64,000 bases of DNA from Selaginella moellendorffii (taxonomy: Eukaryota; Plantae; Lycopodiophyta), in the NCBI RefSeq assembly GCF_000143415.4, contig NW_003314284.1, forward strand, positions 1 through 64,000, read 5' to 3'. The notes under the pieces were generated by a model. It had not been told where the DNA came from and searched no databases. It saw nothing but the letters and a program-made list of their open reading frames with translations. The translations under genes and the position numbers were made by a program. Shown one piece after another: positions 27,541 through 38,181 of the stretch (within the stretch, counting starts at the first letter, position 1; each line of letters starts with the position of its first letter).

Positions 27541-28751
27541 ATGAGCAACGGGGCCCCCTGCGGTGCTTGCAAGTTCCTGCGAAGGAAGTGCGTCAACAAT
27601 TGCATCTTTGCACCACACTTCAACTCGGAGCAGGGCGCTGCACGCTTCGCAGCGGTGCACAAAATCTTTGGAGCAAGCAACGTGACCAAGCTGCTGCATC
27701 ATATCCCCGTAGCCAAGCGGAGCGATGCGGTGTTGACGATCTCCTACGAAGCACAGGCCCGTCTTTCTGATCCTGTCTATGGCTGTGTCGCCACAATTGT
27801 TGCTCTCCAGCACCAGGTAAGAATCTCGATCACTTCCCATCTTTGCATCACCTTCTCCATCATACAACTTTTTTCCTCGGCTTCCTCTTTCATCTGTGAT
27901 CTTCACTTCAATTCCCAATGCACGAACAATACTTGTCCACCACGAAGTCCAAGTCTGCTTGACCCGCCAGTAGAGCCAAAACTTCTTTTTGCCTTGCCTT
28001 ATCTCGAAACAAATTCATCTCGAGTTGATCCCGAGAGCTGCGATCGAGTGCTGAGATCTTTGACCAATCATTCTGTCCTTTCTATTTTCTTGCTGCTCTC
28101 TCTCCCAATTCCGTTACGAATATCTTCCTTGCAGATATACTTGCACCTGTACTGACTGTGAAATAACCTTGTCTATTCTGTCCAGCAAGAGGTCCCAATC
28201 GAAGCTCTCTTTGTGTGACGGTCTTTCTTTTTCCCATACTCCCCTTCCCCTTTATATTTTTGTTCTTCTTCGGCTTCTTTCCGATTGTTCTTGTTGTCGT
28301 CGCTCAGGTGGCCAGCTTACAAGGCGAGCTCATGAACGTACAGATGCAGCTCTCGAAGTGCGTGGCATCGTTGCAACAGCAGCAGCAGCAGCAGCAGCAA
28401 AATCCCTCTGCGGTTTACGAGCAAGTCGTGTTCCCTGTTCCCATGTCGGCCACTTCCGCTCTTGGAGGAGAAATCCAGAGCTCTACAGGAACTTACATTC
28501 CTCACCACTACCGAGGAACCTGCAAGGAGGACTTTTGTGGCACCTCCTCCCCACCGCCCCTTGTTTCTGTATCGACAGGAGTGAGCCAGGGAAATAACAG
28601 CAATAACAATCACGCACCGATTGTCCTCAAGGGATCAAGCACCAGGAGCTTGGACGTCGATGACGAGGAAGAAAACCATCAGCAGCAGCAGCAGCAGCAA
28701 CAGCATTTGCAACAGTTCTGGCCCGGAACAACTCCAACAGCCATCGCCTGA
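27541..28751 (+). CDS. LOB-domain (LBD) transcription factor, class I (LBD16/18/20-like), 2 exons
   Basis: [12 protein letters not shown]...[40 protein letters not shown]|VASLQGEL leucine zipper; poly-Q tail. Confidence 0.95.
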
Positions 28752-29529
28752 AGACCATCTAACGAAGTGATGCAAAGTTGGAAAAAAAAAATTGTTAAGA
28801 AAGATCGATATACTATATGACATACCACTGTAATATTTAGTTTTTTGCCATGATCCCACATTTTGTAGTGCACGTGGTTTTTACCCTTTATCCTATGGTG
28901 ATTTACCCGACTAAGACACAACAGAGAGAAGCATATAAACGACACGCAAGTCACTTGAGTTTGATCACACAGTCCATCGATCAGAAACTCTGCTAATTTT
29001 GTACTTCACATCTTAAACGCAACGATAGTGTTTCAAGCACGAAGAACTATGGGTTGAAGAGGCAAGCACGACAGGAAACATGCCAGGAAACAATCCCAAA
29101 ACCGGTAAATTTGCTGCGTACAAAGGAATCAATCATAAGGAAGAGTTTGGGTACCTTTGCAAGAACACCCGCACTGTCTTCTCGGCATAGAAGTTGCCTC
29201 CTAAAAAACCATTAAAAGGTTTCAGGAAAAATAACACGGTATTTCGTAAATCCTCTACCTTGATCTAAGCTTCTCATCCAGATTTCCTCGCGGATATCAC
29301 TGGCCGCTCCTCTCTCTTTCTCTCAATGCTGGCCCTCTATTTTCACTTCCTTCTCCAGCACAAACTGTTTGTACACAACGCTCTGAAAGGAGCCTAAAAG
29401 AATCAAGTGTACCTGAAAGATCAACGCGCTGCCGCCAAGAATGCCGCTCTGCCGATCGATCGATGGCGATGACCCTGCCCTAGAGAGCTCCCGCGCAAGG
29501 AGACTTTTGACTTTAAGAACCCTAATTCC

Positions 29530-31386
29530 CTAAGCTGTACACCGTGTACAATTACGTGGAGACACGTCAATTGCCAGCTCACTAGCCAGCACCAACGGTC
29601 CAGAGCTTGCCATGTGTTTGTGGTGCCGCCGTACAGCCCTCCCGCCACATTGAGCGTCTCCCTGGAGCTTGCAGGCGCCGAGCAGGCTGGCCACGGTCAT
29701 GGGATCCGGCTCGTACGGCATGGCTAGGATGAGCTCCTCGGCCTCGGGTAGCCATCCCGACCGTCCAAGGAGGTCCACGATGCAAGAGTAGTGCTCCATT
29801 CTGTGCTCCACGCCATAATCTTGCCCTAGCGACACGAAGCACTGGAAGGCCGGCTCGATCATCCCGAGATGAGAGCACGCCGTGAGGATGGCCGTGAAGG
29901 TGATCTCGTTGGCCAGCCCGCCCTCGAGGCTGATGATCGGCAGCATCGCCACCGCCCTCGCGGATTCCCCGTTTTGATCCAGCGCCGAGATCATGGAGCT
30001 CCACGAGATCTCGTTGTGGCGCCACATCTTCTGGAAGACCGCAATTGCGCGATCGAGGCTGCCGCATTTGCCATACATGTGGATGAGCGCGTTGGCCAGA
30101 GGCGTGGAATTGGATCCAGCGCCGCCAGCGATCTGGGCATGGATGGCGGCGCCGCTGCCTAGCGCTGTAAGATCAGAGCAGGCGTCCAGCGCGCTCACGA
30201 ATGTGGCCTCGCTGCGAGCTCCCGGGTGATCGATTCCCGCGAAGAAGCTGAGGGCTTCGTCGCCTCGCCCATTGCGAGCGTAGGCTGCGATCATCGAGTT
30301 CCAGGAGACGATGTCCCACGCCGGCATTTGATCGAAGAGGCTGCGGGCATCCTCGAGGTGGGAGTGATGGTGGCTGTAGGCGGCGATCATCGTGTTCCAA
30401 GAGATCGTGTCATGCTCGGGCATGGATTCGAAGATCTCGCGAGCATGCCGGGGCTGTGAGGTCTGCGCGTACGCTGCAAGCATCGAATTCCAAGAGAAGA
30501 TGTCACGCTCTGGCAATGAATCAAATAGCCTCTTTATACTTTCACAATGCCTGGTTTTGGCATTTGCTGCAAAGAAAGAGTTCCACACAACAATGTTCCA
30601 TTCTGGCATCTCGTCTAAGACTTCTTTAGATTCTACAAAGTTGGCGTGCTGAAAATACATGCCTGCCATTGTTGTCCAAGAAGCAATGTCATGCAATGGC
30701 ATAGTTTTAAACACGTCCTTTGTTTTGTCAAAATGCCCATTCTGGGCATTCGCAAATAGAAGGTGGTTCCACGAGACGATATCTGGAAAAGGCATCTCGC
30801 AAAATATTCTTTCAGCAGCGTCACGATTCTCGCTCTTAACGCATGCTCCAATCATAACATTCCACGACTGCGAGTTCCAACACGGCATTCTATCAAACAC
30901 TCTTTTCACCTGCTCAAAATGCCCAACACTGGCATATGCTGTGAGCAAAGTAGTCCAAGAGACAACATCCGGCTCGGGCATATTCGCGAGCAATGCCGCC
31001 GTCTCGCGTGTACCCTGGCATCTGGAATATGCCGCTAGCATCGTGTTCCACGTCACGGCGCAGCGCTCGGGCATGGCATCAAACACGGCGGCGGCGTCCA
31101 AAAGATACCCGGCATCCGCGTAGGCGGCCAGGAGGAGCGTCCACGAGAAAACATTCGGTGCGTGGATGGAATCGAACACCGCCCGCGCCGAGATTAGGTC
31201 ACCGCAGCGCCCATACATCTGGATGAGGAGATTGGCGAGGTAGCGATCGTGCTTGTGGGCGCTCGCGAGGATCTTCGAGTGGGCGCGCTCGAGGTCGCGC
31301 GAGTGTTTGCTCGATCTGATCGCGGCGGCGAGCTCTCGGGAGGAGCAATCACAGTGGGCATCGGGTGCCCGAGCAAATTCAATCAT
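29530..31386 (-). CDS. PLS-class PPR protein rich in short (SS-type) motifs, with E domain and no DYW
   Basis: Intronless; repeated DxxSWN.M..AYA / FD.MP motifs; HYSCIVDLLGRSG.L.EAEELI..MPYEPD. The first ATG is at 31386 (the track start at 31422 is GTG). Confidence 0.92.
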   Translation of the reverse strand: MIEFARAPDAHCDCSSRELAAAIRSSKHSRDLERAHSKILASAHKHDRYLANLLIQMYGRCGDLISARAVFDSIHAPNVFSWTLLLAAYADAGYLLDAAAVFDAMPERCAVTWNTMLAAYSRCQGTRETAALLANMPEPDVVSWTTLLTAYASVGHFEQVKRVFDRMPCWNSQSWNVMIGACVKSENRDAAERIFCEMPFPDIVSWNHLLFANAQNGHFDKTKDVFKTMPLHDIASWTTMAGMYFQHANFVESKEVLDEMPEWNIVVWNSFFAANAKTRHCESIKRLFDSLPERDIFSWNSMLAAYAQTSQPRHAREIFESMPEHDTISWNTMIAAYSHHHSHLEDARSLFDQMPAWDIVSWNSMIAAYARNGRGDEALSFFAGIDHPGARSEATFVSALDACSDLTALGSGAAIHAQIAGGAGSNSTPLANALIHMYGKCGSLDRAIAVFQKMWRHNEISWSSMISALDQNGESARAVAMLPIISLEGGLANEITFTAILTACSHLGMIEPAFQCFVSLGQDYGVEHRMEHYSCIVDLLGRSGWLPEAEELILAMPYEPDPMTVASLLGACKLQGDAQCGGRAVRRHHKHMASSGPLVLASELAIDVSPRNCTRCTA

Positions 31387-31493
31387 GTGTGTGTGTGTTT
31401 GTACAGAAGAGTGGAAATCCACGCGGCAGCAGTGGGCTTATACACAAATGGAGTGGGCTGGAGTGGATCGATCGCTGCGATTGCGTTGATCTC

Positions 31494-32030
31494 TCACCAA
31501 TCTTCCTTCATGACCTTGGCCTTTTCGAGGATGAATTTGCCCTCCTTGTATTTCTGGGATTCCTCGTAGGCGCGCTCGTACTTCCAGCCAAGGATTTCCT
31601 GGCACTGTTGGCAGAAAATATCGGCCACTGTGTGAAGCCCAGTCATGAGATGCCTGTCCTCTTTCTGGCCGACGCTTGTGTTGACGACGTGGGAGAAGAG
31701 ATAAGCTCTACCGTTTCTTCCCTGGAAATTCGCAAGGATGAGTGGAGTGGAGAAGCTCGATCAACACAAATCGAGGCAATGGCAGCGAGAAAATGGGGAG
31801 GATCGGCGAGATTGGAGCGAAATATTTGGAGTTGGGAGGAGGACGAGAGATCCGGATAAGGAAAGGAGAATAGGATCTCGGGCATGAGATGGATCGATCA
31901 CCTGGAATGCCTTGGAGATGATGTCGTCGTGATCGGCGATGTGGCTCCGGCAATTGGAGCAGCTGTAGATTCTGGGGCCCGTGAGCTCCACCGAGAAGCC
32001 GCCGCCGCCGCCCGCCGCCGCCTCGCCCAT
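31494..32030 (-). CDS. Yippee-like zinc-binding protein, 2 coding exons
   Basis: [24 protein letters not shown]|[14 protein letters not shown]...[41 protein letters not shown]. Confidence 0.95.
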
Positions 32031-32829
32031 CCCAGAGCTCCAGAATTCCTCCCAGATCGCAGATCGCGAAGAGAGAAGGATCGATCGAGCGTGAGGGGAA
32101 GGAGACCCTAATAACCAATGCTTAACATAACTGCAGTTAACTACCAGGGGCATCTTTCTTTAAGTGCGCTAAAGGCATCGCTTATCTTTGCTTATCCAGG
32201 AGGAACTGAAGGAAGACACGCTACGCTTCCGAGAAAGAGAAAAATCTGACTAGGTAGCTCGAGCGCTCTCGGATAATAAAAAAAAAGAATAAGAGAGAAT
32301 CTTTGGCGCTCGGTCCAAATCAATCTCTTGTTTGTGCGTAGAGCTAGGACGAAACACTCTTTATCCCATGAATAATGTGACACGATTCATACGTTCGCAA
32401 AACAACATGTGTTTGATTCTATGTCCAATTGCGTGGCCCAGGTGATTGTCAACAAGTCTTCGGTTCTCTAACATCAACGTTCCTGTGATCACAGTCGTCT
32501 CTTTGCTACCTCTCCAAGATCATCTCGAGCTTACATGAGCTCCATTTACAAGTATTATCGACAAGACTCGAACCCGAAACGTATGTTTGAGTCCTAAGTA
32601 GTGGTATTGAGCAAAAGATTTTGCATAAAAGTCCTGGTTGGTTTACCTCTAAGAAAACATGGGTGAAAAGAAAAGAGAAGGTTATTCTGGAAAATCAGCC
32701 ACCCATAACGAGGCGGGAATGCCTCTGCCGATCTTACCTTCACGGCTCCCTAGGAAAGATCGAAACGTTTTCCCTCCACTTTCCTATTTAAACTTTGGTA
32801 CTCCGTGTTGAGCTAGGGTTTTTAGGGTC

Positions 32830-34101
32830 ATGGCCCGCGAGCCACTTCGGCTCGTCTGGAGGCGCCCGGCGCGACAAGAGCCACAGCGACCGGAGCCGCC
32901 GCCCATCAACGATCCATCGCCGCCGGCCCTCTGCTGGCGCCCAAAGCCCCTGCCGCCGCCAGATCTTCCACCGCCACCGGGCTGCTCGGGCCATTGCAAG
33001 TCTCAGCCGCGACCACCCCGGGTAACGATCCAGCACCAAGATCACCGTAAGCACGATCCATGGCTAGGGCTGCCGCGAGAAATCCAGGAATCAGTGCTCG
33101 AGAGGCTCCCCCTCTCGTCGCTCATGACAGGCCGGGCGGTGTCCAGGGCGTGGAATGCCACGCTGTCCGCCTACTGCCCCCGTGTCCCTGCCACGTTGCT
33201 GGTGCTCAGGGCCAGGGGTTCCGTCCAGCTCATCGCGTATGACACGCGGGACAGGCGCTGGGCAGGGCTGCCCGAATCTTGCTCTCTGCCCGAATCCTCG
33301 TGCTTGGTTGGGGCAGCCGGTGGACTCGTGTGCGCGACGACCGACTGCCCGGGCAGGCTGGTGGTAGGTAACCCGTTGACCGGTATGTGGGATGATGTGG
33401 TGTTCCCGTTTAGGTGGCACTCCACGGCGGGAAATCCAATGCACGCCCTTGCCACGCGACCACGCGGAGGCTACCAGATCATCAGCGTCAACGCCCTGGG
33501 GGACGGCAAAGTTGTGGTCTACGACGCAGGTCAGTGGTCAACGTGGAAACCGATCGCTGGTTACAGGCATGGCGTTCGCGGCGTTGACTTTATGGTTGGC
33601 GGCGACACGCTCTACTACAACATCCCCCATTTTCACGGCGGAGTGATCGAGATCTGGCTTGTGTCTTACTCCCTGTGCGATCAGTCAACGACTGTGGCTC
33701 GACCAAGGTGGCCCGTTGACATTCCCAGCTTTGTGGGAGTGGGAGCGATGGTTTACTGCGGTGGTCAGCTCTTTGTGATGGACGTGATATGCCCGGACAA
33801 GGAGTACTTTGGCTGTGTGCTGTTGCTGCTGCCGCCGTACACCGTGGGAGTGTGGCGCTTTGTGCCCGAGAGTAACGAATGGGTGATGGAGACCAAGTGC
33901 CCGGTGGTGACTAGGGGACGGAGAAATGGGTTTTGCTGCGATGGTGGCGACACTTTGTGGGCGGTATTGCTTAGCGAGGAGGGCATGGTGGAAAACCTGG
34001 TAAGCTATAGTATCGGCAAGAAGGAGTGGACTTTTCATTCGGCTGGTTGTAGTTTTCCAGTGTCTGTTTTTTCGTGTGTTTTTCTGGACACTTCCAAGTA
34101 A
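32830..34101 (+). CDS. F-box protein with C-terminal beta-propeller-like region, intronless, 423 aa
   Basis: WLGLPREIQESVLERLPLSSLMTGRAVSRAWN F-box; LVGAAGGLVC, LVVGNPLTG.W. Confidence 0.88.
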   Translation: MAREPLRLVWRRPARQEPQRPEPPPINDPSPPALCWRPKPLPPPDLPPPPGCSGHCKSQPRPPRVTIQHQDHRKHDPWLGLPREIQESVLERLPLSSLMTGRAVSRAWNATLSAYCPRVPATLLVLRARGSVQLIAYDTRDRRWAGLPESCSLPESSCLVGAAGGLVCATTDCPGRLVVGNPLTGMWDDVVFPFRWHSTAGNPMHALATRPRGGYQIISVNALGDGKVVVYDAGQWSTWKPIAGYRHGVRGVDFMVGGDTLYYNIPHFHGGVIEIWLVSYSLCDQSTTVARPRWPVDIPSFVGVGAMVYCGGQLFVMDVICPDKEYFGCVLLLLPPYTVGVWRFVPESNEWVMETKCPVVTRGRRNGFCCDGGDTLWAVLLSEEGMVENLVSYSIGKKEWTFHSAGCSFPVSVFSCVFLDTSK

Positions 34102-34645
34102 TAATGAAATGCTCTACAAGAAAAAACGGAAAGGACATAAAAATGGAGGACCTGACACATGATTCATACCCAACCATACCCTTGTAGGGAATATGCATGA
34201 GAAAAATGTAGAGAATCCTTGGCCCTCATCTTGGATGATGCTAAAGGTGCTCTCGTACCCGCCCCAGACCATGTGGAGCCTGGAGCCTGGCAGGAGGGAT
34301 CTTGATCAAGAGAGCTTGTTCGAACTTCGGGATCACTTATATCTTTGAAGCCATACTCCCAGCTGTAAAGATCGTCCAGAGTTTACGATGCACTGCATTT
34401 GGAAGTTTAAGATAGAACAACCAGACTCTTGATGAATTTCTTTTCTCTATCCGTTTGGAGTCCTTCATGGAGATTCCATTGTAAGCGGCCACTTTCTAGC
34501 ACTGCAGCGGTCGTCCCTGCCAAGTCAGTTCCACGGAATGTCTTTATAAGCTGGAATCCTTTAATTCACGCAGTAGGGTATAAGGCTCCGAGATTGTGAA
34601 AAAACAAAATTTTTTTTTTCAGGGAGCATTTGAGAACGAGCGGCC

Positions 34646-36973
34646 ATGTGGGGTGTGGCGTCGCGTGCGTTCGAGATGGACCTCCGCCGTCCGGAGATGG
34701 TTACCAGTTTGCTCGATCTTCTGAGTGAGGCACTGGAGCAGGCAGCTTTTTGCCGCATCGTATCGATTTTCCAGTCGAGCGGATGGGGAAAATCGAGGAC
34801 CATTTGTGAGCTGTGTAGGGAGGATGTTTGGGTAGTCTATTGCTCATTTGCGCAGGGGACAGGATATCCCAGACGTTCTCCCATAGCCGCGTGGTTTCTA
34901 GAGAGAGTGAACTCAGTTATTAGTTCAGAAAAGGAGGGGCAGCTATCTTGCATGGCATTCTGCCTGGCCTACTTCGAGGCGGTACTGGAAGAGTTCCTCA
35001 TAGTGGCTCCATCGCTAACGCCGGAAAAATTTGTCAAGATCCTGTATAGAAGTGGGGATACGGACGAGGACGGCAAGGCTAGCTCCCCTTATCCAGAGCA
35101 AGGCATCCGGTTCTGGGACGCTGTCAAAGTGAGAGTGGAGCAGCTGCTACCGGTGTATGTTGGTGAGGGCCTTTATCAATCCAAAGGCGACACCAGCGGG
35201 GACTGCTGGAAAGATTGGGAAGAGCGGGCTGCCCGCCGAATGGAACCAGTGGTGGAGAAGTTGGAAAGGTTTTCACCAGGCAGCAATAAGTTGAAGGTAC
35301 TCTTCGTCTTTGACGAGGCAAGGATCCTAGTACCGGAGCTGCTTGATAAGAATGTATTCTTGCCCCTGCGACGAGCCACTTCCGCATTTAGGCAAGGTGA
35401 CGGGGTTCTTGCGCTCTTTGCTGACACGGCCAAGATAGGAAACTTCGCTGGGGAAATATGGATGGACCCCTCGGACCGTCTGCCGGGTACGAATTTGAGA
35501 CTGGCTACTCCAATCTGGGCCTGTTTCTGGGCGGATCATGGCATAGCAGAGTGGAACACTATCTGCAGGCAGCATGACATTCCCGAAGATGACGTTTTGT
35601 CTGAATATTGGCCTCTGAGGTACGGTAGACCCCTGTGGTGGTCGACGTTCAGGGGTGGCCTGGAGCGATATTCAAGCGCTAGGGCCCTGACGAATGTTTT
35701 CAACCTCGCCCGTGACAAGCTACTGGGTGGAAGAGGAGGCTGGTCCAAGTATGCTCTCTCCCCCAGTTCACAAGATAGCCGCCTCAAAGAGGAGGCGGCA
35801 CTAGCTGTGGTGGGTTCAAGGTGCGCCATCCATATTGATCCACACTGTGCTGTGGTTTCCACACTGGTGGCAAGCTATTTGATGACAGTAATCAAAGTGA
35901 ACGAGACTCGGGAGTGCCTGTGGGCAGGCTGGCCTATGGAACCAATTCTTGCAGGCGCTGCAGCAGATATTATGCGAGAGTTGGACAGGCGGCAAAGGAA
36001 CAGGGAGCTTTACTTCCCGCTCGCAATGGCTCTCAAGAGTGGATGGGTGTCCAAGGGCTACAGAGGCGAGCTTGTAGCCAGGATTATCATGCTGCGAGCT
36101 CTTGACAAGGCGAGCATGAAAGCCAGGAGGAGCTGGTGCACAGTCGATGAGTTCGTGGAGGAACTTGTGGGAAAGTCATTGTTGCGGCTTGCTCGTGAGC
36201 AGGACAATCAGTACGAGGCCAGATGTCAGAAGAAGCAGAAGGTTGACGGGAATGGGATCAAGTTCCTGACCAACGAGGTGCAACAAGTAGCGGCTTCTAA
36301 GCTTTGCATAACCTCGTTCCACAAGATTCACAAGAAGAGCGACGAGTTGTCGCAGCAAGACTTGCGGGCGGCTTCTGAAAGAAGATGTGCCATAGTAGCT
36401 GACGACAATACGTGGGGTGTTGACCATTTCATTGCTGATGCGGAGGGGACTGTGAAGGTGCACAATCAGGTGAAGGCCAAAGATTCAGACTATGGCCTCA
36501 TTGATCTGGCCAAGGAGTCTCCTGCCTTTTGCGGGCTGCCCAACACCGGCCCATTTCTGAGCCTTCACATGAACGTACTCGGGGATGGTGACAAGGTGAC
36601 TTTGGTGGATCCTCACCGTGTGGAGCAAGCTGTGCGTGGACAAACGAAGAGCAAGGTGCTTGAGGCCGTGCTGGAGAGCGAGGCCCAAGCAAAAACAGGA
36701 GGCTCAAAACGGAAATTATGGGAGAAGCAGCGAGACAAGAACCCGAGACTGTTTGAGTCTTGGAAGTCTTGGCTTGATCTGCCTCGGGGGAACCAAGTCA
36801 TCTTGAAAGCAAATGGGCTTGGAGCATTCAAGCAGCTCTTGGGGCATGATATCTTTGGCTTGCTGCAGGAGATGATGGTGTCTGCCTCGGTGTTAGATCC
36901 GTTGCAACCGTTTGATAGGATGCAGACGGACAGTGTAGACAGCATGTTCCCTGTTGCGAACGTCACTCGCTAG
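34646..36973 (+). CDS. P-loop NTPase fused to a PD-(D/E)xK-like nuclease fold; resembles fungal/oomycete Crinkler-associated ATPase+REase proteins, 775 aa, intronless
   Basis: Walker A-like QSSGWGKS (34772-34795), Walker B VLFVFDEAR, then DPS.R, YGRPLW, A..KLL, EPILA, KGYRGELVARI, and G-V-D...Q-V-K. Family call is from motif recall. Confidence 0.75.
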   Translation: MWGVASRAFEMDLRRPEMVTSLLDLLSEALEQAAFCRIVSIFQSSGWGKSRTICELCREDVWVVYCSFAQGTGYPRRSPIAAWFLERVNSVISSEKEGQLSCMAFCLAYFEAVLEEFLIVAPSLTPEKFVKILYRSGDTDEDGKASSPYPEQGIRFWDAVKVRVEQLLPVYVGEGLYQSKGDTSGDCWKDWEERAARRMEPVVEKLERFSPGSNKLKVLFVFDEARILVPELLDKNVFLPLRRATSAFRQGDGVLALFADTAKIGNFAGEIWMDPSDRLPGTNLRLATPIWACFWADHGIAEWNTICRQHDIPEDDVLSEYWPLRYGRPLWWSTFRGGLERYSSARALTNVFNLARDKLLGGRGGWSKYALSPSSQDSRLKEEAALAVVGSRCAIHIDPHCAVVSTLVASYLMTVIKVNETRECLWAGWPMEPILAGAAADIMRELDRRQRNRELYFPLAMALKSGWVSKGYRGELVARIIMLRALDKASMKARRSWCTVDEFVEELVGKSLLRLAREQDNQYEARCQKKQKVDGNGIKFLTNEVQQVAASKLCITSFHKIHKKSDELSQQDLRAASERRCAIVADDNTWGVDHFIADAEGTVKVHNQVKAKDSDYGLIDLAKESPAFCGLPNTGPFLSLHMNVLGDGDKVTLVDPHRVEQAVRGQTKSKVLEAVLESEAQAKTGGSKRKLWEKQRDKNPRLFESWKSWLDLPRGNQVILKANGLGAFKQLLGHDIFGLLQEMMVSASVLDPLQPFDRMQTDSVDSMFPVANVTR

Positions 36974-37009
36974 ACTTCTGGCTGCGCAAATGTTAACAAA
37001 TACAGCTGG

Positions 37010-38000
37010 ACACTAACTAAAGAGATTTTGCTGCCCGTAGTGGATGTGCCTCCAGGAGCACAGATTTGCCCAGCTGCTCGATCCACACGTCCGGCCGCTC
37101 TTGGCGTTGTTCTTCACCACGTAGTAACTCGGAAGCTTGGTGTTCTTGCCATACTTTCCTGAGCTTGTCAACCAAAACTTGGCACCCCTCATTGAGCCCC
37201 GTGCCAACCTTGCAAAACGAGTTGGTAGGCACCAATGATCAACACGCTCTCCTTCACGTAGTCGGGCTTGAGCTTCATCAGTTTCTTCAAAGTCCTTGAC
37301 GACCTCCCGGCTGTCCACGGTCATCAGGAAGAACTTCTCGACGTGGACAGCAGACTGCGGAATGATCAACCGAGCTGGCCGCTGCAGTTCCTCCGATCCG
37401 GCTGGAGCAGCTCGAGAACAGTCGTCACCCTTTGCCCGAGCAGCTTCTGTCACTCGCAGAGAGGCTGGCGAATCACGCTGCAATCGTCCACGTAGAGAAT
37501 GTCGAAGCTGCTCGACGCCATTGTCCCCAAACTTGTTTGTCACCCGGTTCCACACCGGACCTGGCACCGATCGCCATCGAACTTACACTCGGTAAGCATT
37601 CCCCCTCATCCTTCTTCGGCGTTCTTCACTCTGGACGCGAGCTGCGGCCTCACTGCCTTGCCAGCCTCGACGTCCTGGCGCCTGAATCGCACCGGCTTCT
37701 CGCAAACCAGCTTCAGCTCGTCGGCGTCGGGGTGGAACTCCTCGAACACCGTCTTCTCGCTCAGCTTGATGATCATCAGCAGCCACTTGATCTCCACGGG
37801 ATTGGTCTTGTTGATGAACTCGGCAAGAACCTTGGATTTCTTCACGGTCTTCACCTCGGCCAGCTGATCCAGGAGCTCGCGCTTGACGGTGAGGCCGCCC
37901 GAGATGTGGCTCTGGCGGCTGCCCACGATTTCGGCGGCGACCAGCTCAAAGTTACCAGCACCGATTCCTTGAGGCCGTAGTTGCCGCGTCCAGCTCCAGG
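37010..38000 (-). pseudogene. LIG4: DNA ligase IV pseudogene fragment with many internal deletions
   Basis: RGNYGLKESVL, GAGNFELVAAEI..RQ...SGGLTVK, KTNPVEIKWLLMII, SEKTVFEEFHPDA, LKLVCEK, RQDVEAGKAVRPQLA, ECKFDGDR (adenylation Lys), FCKVGTGL, ERPDVWIE, spread across shifting frames. Confidence 0.88.
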
Positions 38001-38181
38001 CACATCACTTCCAAGAAGAAAGCCTTCTCGAGCACCTCATTTGGGATTTGTGGTCGAGACCCAGACTCAGTTAGTAAAGTCAGCAATATGAACACCTGGC
38101 ACATAAAAGGTGCCACATGGGAAAACCTAGTGAACTATAAATGGAGGATTGCCCTTTTGTTTAGGGTTTTGTTTAGCAGAG

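Noticed and set aside
37191-37210. attgagccccgtgccaa resembles miR171
   Set aside because: It has a two-base insertion and no hairpin partner, and it is simply the antisense of the LIG4 KVGTGLN motif.
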